From an uncultured Gammaproteobacteria bacterium (lineage in GTDB: Bacteria > Patescibacteriota > Patescibacteriia > Magasanikbacterales > GWA2-37-8), in contig CAZQUL010000001.1 in the NCBI GenBank assembly GCA_964596525.1, positions 12,830 through 76,829 on the forward strand: a stretch of 64,000 nucleotides of DNA, given 5' to 3'. This document shows, one piece after another, positions 46,801 to 57,199 of the stretch (its first letter is position 1; the number at the start of each line of letters is the position of its first letter). The notes under the pieces are model-generated. The model was not told where the DNA came from. It did no database searches and worked only from the letters and a program-made list of their open reading frames with translations. Made by a program: the position numbers and the translations under genes.

Positions 46801-47742
46801 TTAGGGCTTACAACTGCCGCTCGCGCCGTTGTCCTTGGTGTCACAGGGCAGTTCGTAGATTGCGCGATTCACGAGCGAGTAGTACGTCTTAACGAGCGTG
46901 GCGCTCGCAAGACCTGTGCGTACGGAGGCAATCTCGTGGTTTGGTCCGACCACGAATACGCGGGTACTGCTCGCCCCAACTTGCTTGCACGCACCGGCGG
47001 CCGTGCACAGGTCGAACGAGCCGCTCAGGTTGGGCGTCGCAACACGCACTCCCAAAAGCACGTCGCCGACCAAATCGGTCCACAGACCGTCACTGCTTGA
47101 ACCGAACAGACGGGTCTCACGATCAAAGCTGACCGTCATGGCAAGCGTAGAGCGTTTGGGAATGCACGCGCGCTTTACGACTACGTTATCCCCCTTCACC
47201 TCGCCACACTCCCCGTCCGGAATCGGATAAGGGCAGCCGAAACGCTTAGGATCTGGGTCCGGGTAGGGCTCGGGCTTCTGGTCCGGACAGGCATCATCTG
47301 CATCCGGTACGCTATCGCGGTCACGGTCCGGCTTGACGGTCGGGCCCGTGCCTGTGAGACCAGCCATGACATCGTTGAGCTGGTAACGGCTCTTGGCATC
47401 GCCGGAAGCGAAGCCGCACCAACTGGTCAGCGCCGCTCCTTTGTTGACCCGATACAGCGAATGGATGTCCGTGGAATGGGCTTGCACGCCTTCCAGGCAG
47501 GCGATCTGATCCGGAGCATTACCATCCGGACAGCACGCCGCATAATCCGGAGCCTTCTGCGCCACGTAGCCACCGGTTCTAGCACAGCCTTCGAGCGCCT
47601 GATCGATCTTGATCGAAAAGATTTTGTCAGCTGACGCACCACAGATCAAATCTTCGGGTGGCGGCGAAGCAGTGCCGCAACCGATAGCGGTTGCAAGCAA
47701 AATGCCGAAACCACCACTCCTGTGCCGAAAAAATTCTTTCAT
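46801..47742 (-). CDS. TSP3-repeat Cys-rich lipoprotein, paralog 2
   Basis: Lipobox TAIGC; DRDRDSVPDADDACP...DPKRFGCP; SD GGAGGT. Confidence 0.85.
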   Translation of the reverse strand: MKEFFRHRSGGFGILLATAIGCGTASPPPEDLICGASADKIFSIKIDQALEGCARTGGYVAQKAPDYAACCPDGNAPDQIACLEGVQAHSTDIHSLYRVNKGAALTSWCGFASGDAKSRYQLNDVMAGLTGTGPTVKPDRDRDSVPDADDACPDQKPEPYPDPDPKRFGCPYPIPDGECGEVKGDNVVVKRACIPKRSTLAMTVSFDRETRLFGSSSDGLWTDLVGDVLLGVRVATPNLSGSFDLCTAAGACKQVGASSTRVFVVGPNHEIASVRTGLASATLVKTYYSLVNRAIYELPCDTKDNGASGSCKP

Positions 47743-47940
47743 TATCTACCTCCGTAGTTTTACAGCATTGCAGCCGATACATTCGGGCAACACTGCCGTA
47801 GGGACGGTAGCGCGAAGAATCTTACCCGTCAAGAATAAGACGGAACGAATAAAAAACCTGCCTTCCCCGAAGGGTTGGCAGGCCAGAATCAAAGATCAAA
47901 TGGAAATTACAGAATCAAAGTGGAGGCAGAAGGCGGTTCA

Positions 47941-48867
47941 CTATGGCATGAGCACACAGGAGCCCGCCTCACCCATGTACTGGGCGGGGCAGGGGTCCGG
48001 GGTGACGATCGCCTTGGCGGCCACGTCCCAGTACGCCGGGCGCACGCTGAACGTGGCATTGCGCGTCCGAACCGTGGTGATGCCGCCCGGCGACACGACG
48101 TAGACCGTCTTGTTCGCCACGGGAACAGGGCGGCAGTTCCCACCCGCATCACAGACATCGACGTTGCCGGAGATCGTCCCCTGGCCGTCGACCGCGATGC
48201 CGACGAGGACCCGCGGACCGTTCGCCTTCACGTAGATGCCGCCACCCGGGGCGAGCGCACGCGAGTTCTGGTCGAAGCTCACAGGCATGGCGAACGTCGA
48301 AGGGCGCGAGACGCAGACCACGTCAGACACGACCGGATCGCTCTCGATCTTGTTGCAGGCTCCTCCGATGGGCTCCGCGTAGGGGCAGCCGGGGCGGGCC
48401 GGATCCTCGTACTGTCCGCGCGCCTCGTTGGGGCACTGGTCGTTCGCATCGGCGATGCCGTCGTTGTCGTTGTCCGGGTCGGGGCAGCCGTCGTCGTCCT
48501 TGAAGCCGTCCTTGTCCTCGGCCTCGTTCGGGCACTGGTCGCCCGTGTCCTGGAAGCCGTCCTTGTCCTTGTCGTTGTCGGGCGTGGCTTCGCAGTTGAT
48601 CGCCGCGAACTGGGACATGTCCTCGCCATCGAGGCAGGCCGCCTGGTCGCCGGTGTTGGGGCAGTACTTCTGCTTGTCGGCGAAGACCTCGGCTCCGCCG
48701 CGGCACAGGCCGTTGCCCTTCTGGGCACACTGATCGCTGCACCACTGCGGCGGGCCCTTGAGCCAGCTGCTAAACACTGAGTCGCAGCCGCTCACGAAGA
48801 ACGCTGCGATGCTCAGACACAGCACGCCAGCCGAGCGATAGACATTCTTGCCAATCTTCTTGCTCAT
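47941..48867 (-). CDS. TSP3-repeat Cys-rich lipoprotein, paralog 3
   Basis: Lipobox FVSGC; DKDKDGFQDTGDQCPNEAEDKDGFKDDDGCPDPDNDNDG repeats; start reset to MSKKIG (SD GGGAGG). Confidence 0.85.
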   Translation of the reverse strand: MSKKIGKNVYRSAGVLCLSIAAFFVSGCDSVFSSWLKGPPQWCSDQCAQKGNGLCRGGAEVFADKQKYCPNTGDQAACLDGEDMSQFAAINCEATPDNDKDKDGFQDTGDQCPNEAEDKDGFKDDDGCPDPDNDNDGIADANDQCPNEARGQYEDPARPGCPYAEPIGGACNKIESDPVVSDVVCVSRPSTFAMPVSFDQNSRALAPGGGIYVKANGPRVLVGIAVDGQGTISGNVDVCDAGGNCRPVPVANKTVYVVSPGGITTVRTRNATFSVRPAYWDVAAKAIVTPDPCPAQYMGEAGSCVLMP

Positions 48868-49197
48868 GACGATTCCCTCCCTATGCACTTCGATTTTCAA
48901 GGCTATCCCAATTTTGGAACCATTCCTCATTGGGACGATATAACGATGATTAGCATACCACAAAATCTGCCTATTGTCAAGACTATTTCGGGAACTATGT
49001 AGAGACGCTTTTTTCATTTAAATAAGCGAAAAAACCTTGTGTGCTTCTATTTGTTTAAGAATTGCCTACGAACTAGAATTAATATGACGGTAAGGAAGTC
49101 TGATGGTTGTGCAATTTTATCTCATATAAGCCAAACTTATTGACACCGCGGCGCTTTTTACCTATACTTCCCCCATCACTCTTCTCTTCTACTCCGT

Positions 49198-51216
49198 ATG
49201 AATGTTTCAGAACTCGCCCGCCAGCTTGGGGTGCACCCGCCCCAGAAACTCCTGCAGATCTTGCCGGAATTTGGTTTTGATATTGGCGCTCGGGCGGTAA
49301 AAATTGATGACCGCGTGGCTGAACAGATTAAAAAGGAGTGGCGCCGTATCAAATTCATCATTGAACAGCGCGAACGTGCTGAACGTGAAAAGCAACGCGA
49401 ACTAGAGCGCCAGGCCCGCAAAGAAGCCGGCTTATTGGTAGAAATTCCTAACCTCATAACGGTTAAGGATTTGGCGCAGCGCTTATCGCTTCCGGTCAAC
49501 AAGCTCATCGTGGAACTCATGAAAAACGGCGTTCTGGCTACTCAAAACGAAAATATCGACCACGACACGGCCTCGATCATCGCAAGCGAGCTTGGGTTCA
49601 CCGTTAAAGCCCAAGACAAAACTGCCCAAACACCCCAGGACACGCAATTCGTTGAAGAGCTGGCCGCTAAACTTACCGAACACCTCACTACGCCGCGCGC
49701 TCCGATCGTGGTCGTGATGGGTCACGTTGACCACGGTAAAACCACGCTTCTTGATGCCGTGCGGAGCGCTGACGTAGCAGCCGGCGAAGCCGGTGGCATC
49801 ACCCAGCATATCGGCGCCTACCAAGTAGCTTGGAAAAATCCCAAGACCAAAGCCGAAAGCAATCTCACCTTCATCGACACGCCGGGCCACGAAGCGTTCA
49901 CTGTCATGAGAAGCCGCGGTGCCAAAGTAGCCGACATCGCGATTCTGGTCGTTGCCGCCGATGATGGCGTGAAGCCGCAGACCGTCGAAGCCATAAATAT
50001 TATTAAAGCTGCCAAACTACCAACCGTTGTCGCTATCAATAAAATCGACAAACCAGGCGCAGACATCGAACGCGTCAAAAGCGAACTCGCGCAGCACAAC
50101 ATCATTTCCGATGCCTGGGGCGGCGATATTCCGATGGTTGAAATTTCTGCCAAACAAAAACTCCATATCGACAAGCTCCTCGACACTCTTCTTTTGGTCG
50201 CCGACCTTAACGCCGAAAGCATCAAGGCCGACCCAGAACTGCCAGCCGCCGGCACGGTCATCGAAGCCAAAGTGGACAAAGGCGAAGGTGCGGTGGTTAC
50301 CATTCTCGTACAAACAGGAACACTCCGGGTGAACGACCCCTTGGTCGTCAACGGCGAGATCTACGGCAAGGCGCGCGCGCTTAAAAACTACCGCGGCGAA
50401 ACCATCAAAGAGGCTGGGCCAAGTACGCCGGCCCGTATTCTGGGCTTCAAAATCGCTCCGCGCGTCGGTGACGTACTTGATGTCGCTGCCGCAAGTAGCG
50501 CAAGTGCTGTTAACCTCAAAACCAAACGCACCGAACAAACCGGTGCGGAACGCAGCATTGTCGCTGATGTCAATCGTGACACGGACGAACCGACTGCCAT
50601 TCTCAATGTGGTCGTCAAAGCCGATACGCTTGGCTCACTCGAAGCCCTGGTTGGCTCGCTTGAACGCATCAAGAACAACGAGGCTGGCGTTAAAATCGTC
50701 AGTAAAGGCCTCGGCAACATCATGGCCGACGACGTTAATCGCGCGGAAGCCGCGCACGCACTACTTTTCGGCTTCAACGTCACTACCACCCCGATCGCAT
50801 TCGAACTCATCAACAAAAGCGGTGTGCGTTACTTTGAATATCGCGTCATCTACGATCTCATCGACAAAATAAAAGTCGAGCTCGAAAAAATCCTCAACCC
50901 CGAGCTCATCACGAAAGAACTTGGCAACTTCAAAGTGCTTGCCCTCTTCAAAACCGAAAAGAATAACCAGATCATCGGCGGTCGCGTAGAAATGGGCAAG
51001 ATCAGCAAAGATGCCAAGGTGCGCGTCAAACGTTCTGGCGAAATCATCGGCGTCGGAAAAATCGCTAAACTCCAGCTTGGCCGCCAGGAGCTCGGCGAGG
51101 TCCAGTCCGGATCCGAGTGCGGCGTCGAATACCATGGTAAACTGAAAGTAGAAGTAGGCGATGTGCTTGAAGCCTATAGTGAAGAGAAGAAAGAAAAGAA
51201 ACTCGTACTGAACTAA
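49198..51216 (+). CDS. infB: Translation initiation factor IF-2
   Basis: GHVDHGKTTLLD, GGITQHIGAY, DTPGHEAF and NKID motifs. Confidence 0.99.
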   Translation: MNVSELARQLGVHPPQKLLQILPEFGFDIGARAVKIDDRVAEQIKKEWRRIKFIIEQRERAEREKQRELERQARKEAGLLVEIPNLITVKDLAQRLSLPVNKLIVELMKNGVLATQNENIDHDTASIIASELGFTVKAQDKTAQTPQDTQFVEELAAKLTEHLTTPRAPIVVVMGHVDHGKTTLLDAVRSADVAAGEAGGITQHIGAYQVAWKNPKTKAESNLTFIDTPGHEAFTVMRSRGAKVADIAILVVAADDGVKPQTVEAINIIKAAKLPTVVAINKIDKPGADIERVKSELAQHNIISDAWGGDIPMVEISAKQKLHIDKLLDTLLLVADLNAESIKADPELPAAGTVIEAKVDKGEGAVVTILVQTGTLRVNDPLVVNGEIYGKARALKNYRGETIKEAGPSTPARILGFKIAPRVGDVLDVAAASSASAVNLKTKRTEQTGAERSIVADVNRDTDEPTAILNVVVKADTLGSLEALVGSLERIKNNEAGVKIVSKGLGNIMADDVNRAEAAHALLFGFNVTTTPIAFELINKSGVRYFEYRVIYDLIDKIKVELEKILNPELITKELGNFKVLALFKTEKNNQIIGGRVEMGKISKDAKVRVKRSGEIIGVGKIAKLQLGRQELGEVQSGSECGVEYHGKLKVEVGDVLEAYSEEKKEKKLVLN

Positions 51217-51325
51217 AGAGGGAAACAGCACCGGTAGATAAGCACATGCCAAGCCACTGTTTACTTTTTACCGCCCACCGTTTACTCTTCAAGATACACC
51301 TTCACTCATTAACATTTTTATTCAT

Positions 51326-51649
51326 ATGGAAAAACACTTCACGGACGCCACGTTCCAAGCCGAAGTCCTTAACTCTTCCACGCCCGTCTTCGTTGATTTC
51401 TGGGCACCCTGGTGCGGACCATGCCAAATGATGGGTCCGATCGTCGAGGAATTGGCTGCGGAATACGCCGGCAAAAACATCGTTATCGGCAAATGCAACG
51501 TTGACGAAAACCCAAACAGCGCGTCCGAATACGGCGTGATGAGCATCCCCACCTTCATCGTATTCAAGGGTGGCAAGCCGGTCGACCAGGTCGTTGGCGG
51601 CACACAGAAAGAAACACTCCAGCAACTCATCGATAAACATCTTGCGTAA
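51326..51649 (+). CDS. trxA: Thioredoxin
   Basis: [10 protein letters not shown] and YGVMSIPT motifs. Confidence 0.97.
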   Translation: MEKHFTDATFQAEVLNSSTPVFVDFWAPWCGPCQMMGPIVEELAAEYAGKNIVIGKCNVDENPNSASEYGVMSIPTFIVFKGGKPVDQVVGGTQKETLQQLIDKHLA

Positions 51650-51696
51650 TTCTCTGAGGGCAGACCATGTGTCTGTCCCTCGTTGTTTTTAACCGT

Positions 51697-52656
51697 ATGA
51701 ATAAACGCATCATTATCGGCCTCGTTATCGTACTAGTTCTTGCTTCATCAGGCTATCTTCTTTCCGAGAAAATAAAAAACCATAGCTACTCTGAAGAGGT
51801 TTCTTACTCTTCAAGCGGAGGAAGCGGCGGATACGATGTCGCCGCCGATTCAATAGCGCTCACTGACACAGCGTATGCCAAAAACGGAGAGGGTATGGCG
51901 CAGCAACGTGCTATGAGCAACGCGGTACCAACCGGTATGCCGCTGCCGCCAAGCGTTCAACCGGGCGTCGCACCGGACGTACAAGAGCGCATGGTAGTGC
52001 GTAACGGTACTGTTTCTTTAGTCGTTAAAAATGTTTCCACTACGGCTGATGCCATTTACAGCCTGGTCGCGCGCTCGAACGGTTTTATCGGCAGCAGCAG
52101 TTTGTATAAAAACGGGACAGCACTCATCGGCACGCTCACACTGCGCATTCCCGTAAAAAACTTCGACGCAGTCGTTGCGGAAATAAAAACCATGGGCGAA
52201 CTCGTGAACGAGAATTTCCAGGGCGTTGACGTGACCGCCCAGTACGTCGATCTTGATTCTAATCTGCGCAACCTGCGCGCCACCGAAGAACAACTTCTTC
52301 TCATCATGAAGAAAGCCACGCGCATTTCGGACGTGCTTGAAGTACAAAACCAGCTCACCTACACGCGCGGGCAGATCCAGACCATACAAGGACAGATGAA
52401 TTATTTGAAGCAGACTTCTGATTACGCCTCGCTCACCGTTACCCTTACAACCGACCCAAGCACCTTGCCAGTGGTAGAAAAAGAAGGCGAAAAATGGCGC
52501 CCGCTTGCGACATTCAAAGCGGCGATCCGTACGCTTATCTCGTTTGCGCAAGCGCTGGTGGACATTCTCATCTGGTTCGTTATCTTCCTGCCGCTCGCCG
52601 CACTTGTCTTAGGTGGCATCTACTGGATGGTACGCAAAACGCTCATCAAACGATAA
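51697..52656 (+). CDS. DUF4349 domain protein
   Basis: TLRIP...DVTAQYVDL...VQNQLTYTRGQI pattern with N- and C-terminal TM helices. Confidence 0.88.
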   Translation: MNKRIIIGLVIVLVLASSGYLLSEKIKNHSYSEEVSYSSSGGSGGYDVAADSIALTDTAYAKNGEGMAQQRAMSNAVPTGMPLPPSVQPGVAPDVQERMVVRNGTVSLVVKNVSTTADAIYSLVARSNGFIGSSSLYKNGTALIGTLTLRIPVKNFDAVVAEIKTMGELVNENFQGVDVTAQYVDLDSNLRNLRATEEQLLLIMKKATRISDVLEVQNQLTYTRGQIQTIQGQMNYLKQTSDYASLTVTLTTDPSTLPVVEKEGEKWRPLATFKAAIRTLISFAQALVDILIWFVIFLPLAALVLGGIYWMVRKTLIKR

Positions 52657-52661
52657 TCATA

Positions 52662-52703
52662 AAACTAAAAACTACCTCGCATGGACGAGGTAGTTTTTAG
52701 TTT
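52662..52703. terminator. Bidirectional terminator
   Basis: aaactaaaaactacctcg...cgaggtagtttttagttt long inverted repeat. Confidence 0.8.
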
Positions 52704-52704
52704 G

Positions 52705-53538
52705 CTAGCGGGCCGCAAGAATAGGCGTAGAAGTAACTCCGGGGGTGACACCGACTACCGTCGGGGTAGCGAGTGGTTTGCGGGGCGTGGCGCCCTTCAC
52801 TTCTACCGTATCACCCACCTGGAGGAATGCATATAACGCTTCTACGTCCTTGTACGCCACGTTTACGCAACCATGACTCATCGGGCGGATGCCGAACTGA
52901 TTATGCCAGTACGCGCCATGGATATAGTAGCTGCGCTTGAATTCCAGATTCCATTTGGTGTTGGGCAAATTGTAGCCTGGGCCGATGTAGTGCACAACCG
53001 GAACTTTGCGTATGACGCTAAAGGTGCCAAGCGGCGTTGGGGTACTGAGCTTGCCGCTTGAAACCGGCATGTCCCCAACAAGGACATTGTTGAGATAGTA
53101 GCTAAGCCGTTGCGTAGTAAGGTCTACAATCACTTTGCGCGGCAGCGCTGTATCGCGCCCTGCTTCCAGGGGATTGCCGCCTTTTTTAACCTCTTCGCCA
53201 TCATTTTTACCGTCTTTATCGGTATCGGCTTTGCCCAGATCGGTACCAAGCTTGAGCTCTAAGGCATCGCTTAAACCGTCTTTATCAGTATCCACCTCGG
53301 AGAGGCGCTTGCCGGCGGCAAGCGGCGAGTAATCGGCAAAAACTTCTTCTGCATCCGAAAAACCGTCGCCGTCGGTATCGGTTTTTTTAGGATCAGTATG
53401 ATACACGGCTACTTCCTCATGGTCGAACAAATTATCACCATCAGCATCAAATGCTGACACCTGCGCCTGAACTGAGGGGGCGCAGAGCAGTGCAGTTGCA
53501 ACCGCACAACCGAGCACAATATTCTTCATCATATGCAT
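52705..53538 (-). CDS. L,D-transpeptidase with acidic Ca-binding DxDxDG repeats
   Basis: TPLGTF, YIHGAYWH and SHGCVN motifs; four DTDxDG-type repeats after the signal peptide. Confidence 0.92.
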   Translation of the reverse strand: MHMMKNIVLGCAVATALLCAPSVQAQVSAFDADGDNLFDHEEVAVYHTDPKKTDTDGDGFSDAEEVFADYSPLAAGKRLSEVDTDKDGLSDALELKLGTDLGKADTDKDGKNDGEEVKKGGNPLEAGRDTALPRKVIVDLTTQRLSYYLNNVLVGDMPVSSGKLSTPTPLGTFSVIRKVPVVHYIGPGYNLPNTKWNLEFKRSYYIHGAYWHNQFGIRPMSHGCVNVAYKDVEALYAFLQVGDTVEVKGATPRKPLATPTVVGVTPGVTSTPILAAR

Positions 53539-53591
53539 ACCTTCTACCTCTAGTCAGAGACTCATGAGGGTACTATGTAAGTAAGATTATA

Positions 53592-54497
53592 TTAATAGTG
53601 ATTGAAAATACCTTTTCCGTCAAACCGGAAACTACCAGCTTCGTCGGTGCGCCAAACAGGTATTCCGGCACGTTCCAAACGGCGCAGCACTCGGCGTGAG
53701 GGGTGGCCGAACCGATTCTGTTCGCCCGCAGAAATTATGGCTTCGCGTGGCGCAACAGCGGCAATAAAATCTTCGCTGCTTGACGTATCGCTGCCATGGT
53801 GGCCGACCTTAAGGATCGGCGCACTAAGCTTCGGGCAGGAGAACTGTTTGACAGTTGAGGTAACGGACGTTGCAGGATCAGTATTACAGTACGTGGTGAG
53901 CAAAAACTGCTCAAGCGGCGCTTCCGCATCACCCGTAAAGAGCACGAGCGGTTTGCGCTCCGGGTCCACCAAACGAAAGACGATCGATGAGTTATTACTG
54001 TCTGCCGACTCACCGCTAAAACGTGGGTGCGGCGAAAGAATTTCGAACGCATACCCATCTATCTCCCAGACGTCCGGCGCCGTTACTGCGGCAAGCGGGA
54101 TTGCCCGTTCCTCAAAAGAACGCAATAGCTCTTTCCAAGCCGCATCATCCTTATCGTGACCATTGATGATGACGGCATGTACGGCGTAGCGCTCGACGAT
54201 TCCTTGGCACCCGGCATAGTGGTCGCTATCGGGATGTGTGATAACCAAAAAATCGATAGAACGGTCGTACCAGGGCAAAAGGCGCCCCACCTCGGCAAGC
54301 ACACGGCGGTCAGGGCCGCAATCGATGAGGATACGTTTACCGGAAGGAAGCGTTATAAAAGTTGCATCGCCTTGCCCTACATCAAGAAAATCGACGTAAA
54401 AACCTTGTTTTGAATGGGCGATGAACGCACCGATACTCAGGATAGTCATGACAACCACAGCGACGATAACGCACTGGCGAAAAAACGACACACGCAC
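53592..54497 (-). CDS. ComEC-type metallo-beta-lactamase-fold protein
   Basis: FLDVGQGDA, THPDSDH, NNSS, LFTGD, KVGHHGS and GHP motifs. Confidence 0.93.
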   Translation of the reverse strand: MRVSFFRQCVIVAVVVMTILSIGAFIAHSKQGFYVDFLDVGQGDATFITLPSGKRILIDCGPDRRVLAEVGRLLPWYDRSIDFLVITHPDSDHYAGCQGIVERYAVHAVIINGHDKDDAAWKELLRSFEERAIPLAAVTAPDVWEIDGYAFEILSPHPRFSGESADSNNSSIVFRLVDPERKPLVLFTGDAEAPLEQFLLTTYCNTDPATSVTSTVKQFSCPKLSAPILKVGHHGSDTSSSEDFIAAVAPREAIISAGEQNRFGHPSRRVLRRLERAGIPVWRTDEAGSFRFDGKGIFNHY

Positions 54498-55114
54498 TAT
54501 TTATTAATCTGTGCCGCGAAAAGTTCGGCGATCCACTGTCCGTTTTCGGTGATGCGCTCGCGACGCAAGATGGTAAAAAGGCTTTCTTCGAGCGCTTCAG
54601 CCACTGCTTCGGGACGGTGATAGTACGACTCGATCTTAACAATTCCTTGGGCTGTCTTGATTTCTGGCGGATCTTTCTGGTTGATAGCTGAAACGATAAA
54701 ACGGCCGTTAGGCACAAGTACGCGCCGCACTTCATCAAAGAAGTAATCGAGCCGTTTGAGGTGCACGATAAGGAAAAGCGCGGTCACCACATCGAATGAA
54801 GCATCGGGAAAGGGTATGTTTTCGGCTTCTCCCACGACAGTTGTAAGCCGCGCACTCCGCCCTTGTGCCACTTTGAGCATGGCCGGCGAATGATCAAGCA
54901 CAACTACTTCTCGGGCAGTAGCCGCAAACTTAACCGCTGTGCGGCCGGTACCACCACCCACATCAAGCAAACGCTGACCCGAAATGTCGCCGGTAAGCGC
55001 CCCAAGCATGCCCTGCTCAAAAGAATCCAGATACGCCTCATAGCGCCGGTACAGGGGCGCCACCGCTTCGTATCCAGCCTGTGAGGGCAGAAATTGTATT
55101 CGTTTTGAGGACAT
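54497..55114 (-). CDS. Class I SAM-dependent methyltransferase
   Basis: LLDVGGGTG, DHSPAML, PFPDASFD and RVLVPNG motifs. Confidence 0.92.
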   Translation of the reverse strand: MSSKRIQFLPSQAGYEAVAPLYRRYEAYLDSFEQGMLGALTGDISGQRLLDVGGGTGRTAVKFAATAREVVVLDHSPAMLKVAQGRSARLTTVVGEAENIPFPDASFDVVTALFLIVHLKRLDYFFDEVRRVLVPNGRFIVSAINQKDPPEIKTAQGIVKIESYYHRPEAVAEALEESLFTILRRERITENGQWIAELFAAQINK

Positions 55115-55131
55115 AGCAAACTATATCGGGG

Positions 55132-56667
55132 TTATCGCACAGTTCGCTTATGCATGTCAATCCTTAAACGTGTATAACCAATACCGAAGATAAGCGCAGC
55201 ATACGCGGCAAACATGCCGAAGCGGCCCATCGCTACCGACACCACAGCAAACGGCACACGAGCCAACAAGCGCAGAAGATAAAAAATGATCCGCACTAAA
55301 CCGCCGGCTACAACACCCACTACGCTTCCCAACCCCTCATGCACCAAACCAACAAGAGTGGCAATAAAAGCAAAGAACATGATGAACGACGTGAGGGGCA
55401 CAACCAAGGTATTAGCTACAAGAGCAACAAGCGACACGCGGCCGAAATAGTACATAATGAACGGCAAGGTGCTGATGGTTGCAGATAACGTGGTAAGGCC
55501 AGCCTCGGCAAGAGCCGCCACAACACCCGTGAACCTCTTCCTCGGCACCCACCGCTCGAGGAGCGGCTGCACATACAGCAAACCGAGCGTTGCCGCCACT
55601 GAGAGATGAAAACCGATATCAAAAAGCAAGCTATACGGACTGAAGGTGATAAGAACGGCCACGGCATACATTATAAGGAGAGCTGGATTAAGCCGTCGGC
55701 TCATCTGGCGCGCCATAAGGGTGATAACCACCATGATACCAGCCCGCACCACCGAAGCCGAGGCACCGGCGAAAAGGACAAACACAATAATCGCCGCCAC
55801 GGTGATAAACCAGGTTTTACGCTCCGAAAGACCGCCCCATATAAACGCCTGCGCCACCGCGACAATGATAATGTTGAGATTCGCACCCGAAACTGCGATG
55901 AGGTGCGTTACCCCGGTTGCTGCAAATAAATCTGTTAAAGCCGGTGGCAAACCGGATCGGCTGCCATAGAGAATGCCCGCGATAAAACTCGACTCCGGTT
56001 CTTTCCATACTGCATCGATAGCGCGAGCCACCCGGGAACGCACTGCAAAAAGTATACGCCAAAACACCGACGACTCTCCTTTCCCCACAACTCCAATAGC
56101 TGAAGCCGTGCATTCGCCTACAAAACCGTTGATCCAGGCGTAGCGATCATACCGGAAAGCTTCATCGACAGCTGCCTCGGGGATACGCGGCGTACACGCA
56201 AACCGCACCAGGTCTCCGTAACGAGGCCCACTCTCACGCGGCGCACGAACGCGCAGCGCGACGGATTGTAGTTTTTCGGGACGTTCTATTTGCACGAGGT
56301 AGTACGTTCGGTCTAACCGGCGATCTGGATCATGCACGACCACCCCTTCAATATTAATCCGTTTACCTACCGCGGACGCGATACGTTCTACCGCCACAGC
56401 CGGCGTCGCGGTTTCTACGCGCCAGATGGCAAGAGTAGCTGCCAAACCAGCGGCTATCAACAAACGCAACTGCGGCCTACTCCACCACAAGCTTACCGCA
56501 CATAACAACCCGATCACCGCAAAAGGTATCAAAAAACTTATCGCGGCAACCACAGTTGGCGCTACGGTGCTCCACCCGATCGCAACGATATAGGTAACAA
56601 AAAAGACAACAACCACACCGTGCGCGCTATACCAGGGAAACCGCCGCCATCGCGAGAAGATATTCAT
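55132..56667 (-). CDS. comEC: ComEC/Rec2 competence membrane protein (DUF4131 + Competence domains)
   Basis: TGVTHLIAVSGAN, SASVVRAGIM and GFHLSVAAT motifs; many TM helices. Confidence 0.92.
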   Translation of the reverse strand: MNIFSRWRRFPWYSAHGVVVVFFVTYIVAIGWSTVAPTVVAAISFLIPFAVIGLLCAVSLWWSRPQLRLLIAAGLAATLAIWRVETATPAVAVERIASAVGKRINIEGVVVHDPDRRLDRTYYLVQIERPEKLQSVALRVRAPRESGPRYGDLVRFACTPRIPEAAVDEAFRYDRYAWINGFVGECTASAIGVVGKGESSVFWRILFAVRSRVARAIDAVWKEPESSFIAGILYGSRSGLPPALTDLFAATGVTHLIAVSGANLNIIIVAVAQAFIWGGLSERKTWFITVAAIIVFVLFAGASASVVRAGIMVVITLMARQMSRRLNPALLIMYAVAVLITFSPYSLLFDIGFHLSVAATLGLLYVQPLLERWVPRKRFTGVVAALAEAGLTTLSATISTLPFIMYYFGRVSLVALVANTLVVPLTSFIMFFAFIATLVGLVHEGLGSVVGVVAGGLVRIIFYLLRLLARVPFAVVSVAMGRFGMFAAYAALIFGIGYTRLRIDMHKRTVR

Positions 56668-56721
56668 ATGAGACAAAACACTCTGGGGTATCCCAGAGTG
56701 TTGTACGTAATGAGTGTATCT

Positions 56722-57168
56722 TTACAAAAAGAGGGCTACGAAACTGTTCGTCGGCCGACCAATGGCGATATTGATCGCCATGCTGGTCAACGAATACGAG
56801 GAGAGAATAATGACGAGACCAATCGTAGCGTTGCGGATGGTATGTTTGGCTTTATCGATCTGTTCGTCGTTGCCACCGGCCGTGAGCCAGAGATAACCGG
56901 CGTACAACATGTAGCAAAAGACGATAATAGCCAAGAGCCGCAGAATGGAGCGCACCAAAAGCATGATGGTTACCCGTGGATCCACCGGATCACCAAAACC
57001 AGCACCGCGTTTGCCGCCAGCAGCAGCAAGCTGCGCGCCAATGTCTTCACCTACGCCGGTATCTTGCGCTTGTACAGGCAGAGCCGGAAGAGCGATTGGA
57101 AGCGCAACCAAAACTGCCATACCAAGGAAGGCGAGGGTGCGTTGAACGCGGCGAGCAAACGTAGCCAT
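56722..57168 (-). CDS. CPR VirB2/TrbC-like pilin
   Basis: YAGYLWLTAGGNDEQIDKAKHTIRNATIGL; start reset to MATFARR. Confidence 0.88.
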   Translation of the reverse strand: MATFARRVQRTLAFLGMAVLVALPIALPALPVQAQDTGVGEDIGAQLAAAGGKRGAGFGDPVDPRVTIMLLVRSILRLLAIIVFCYMLYAGYLWLTAGGNDEQIDKAKHTIRNATIGLVIILSSYSLTSMAINIAIGRPTNSFVALFL

Positions 57169-57199
57169 ACAAAATGAAGAAAGGTAAAAGAAACGAGAT

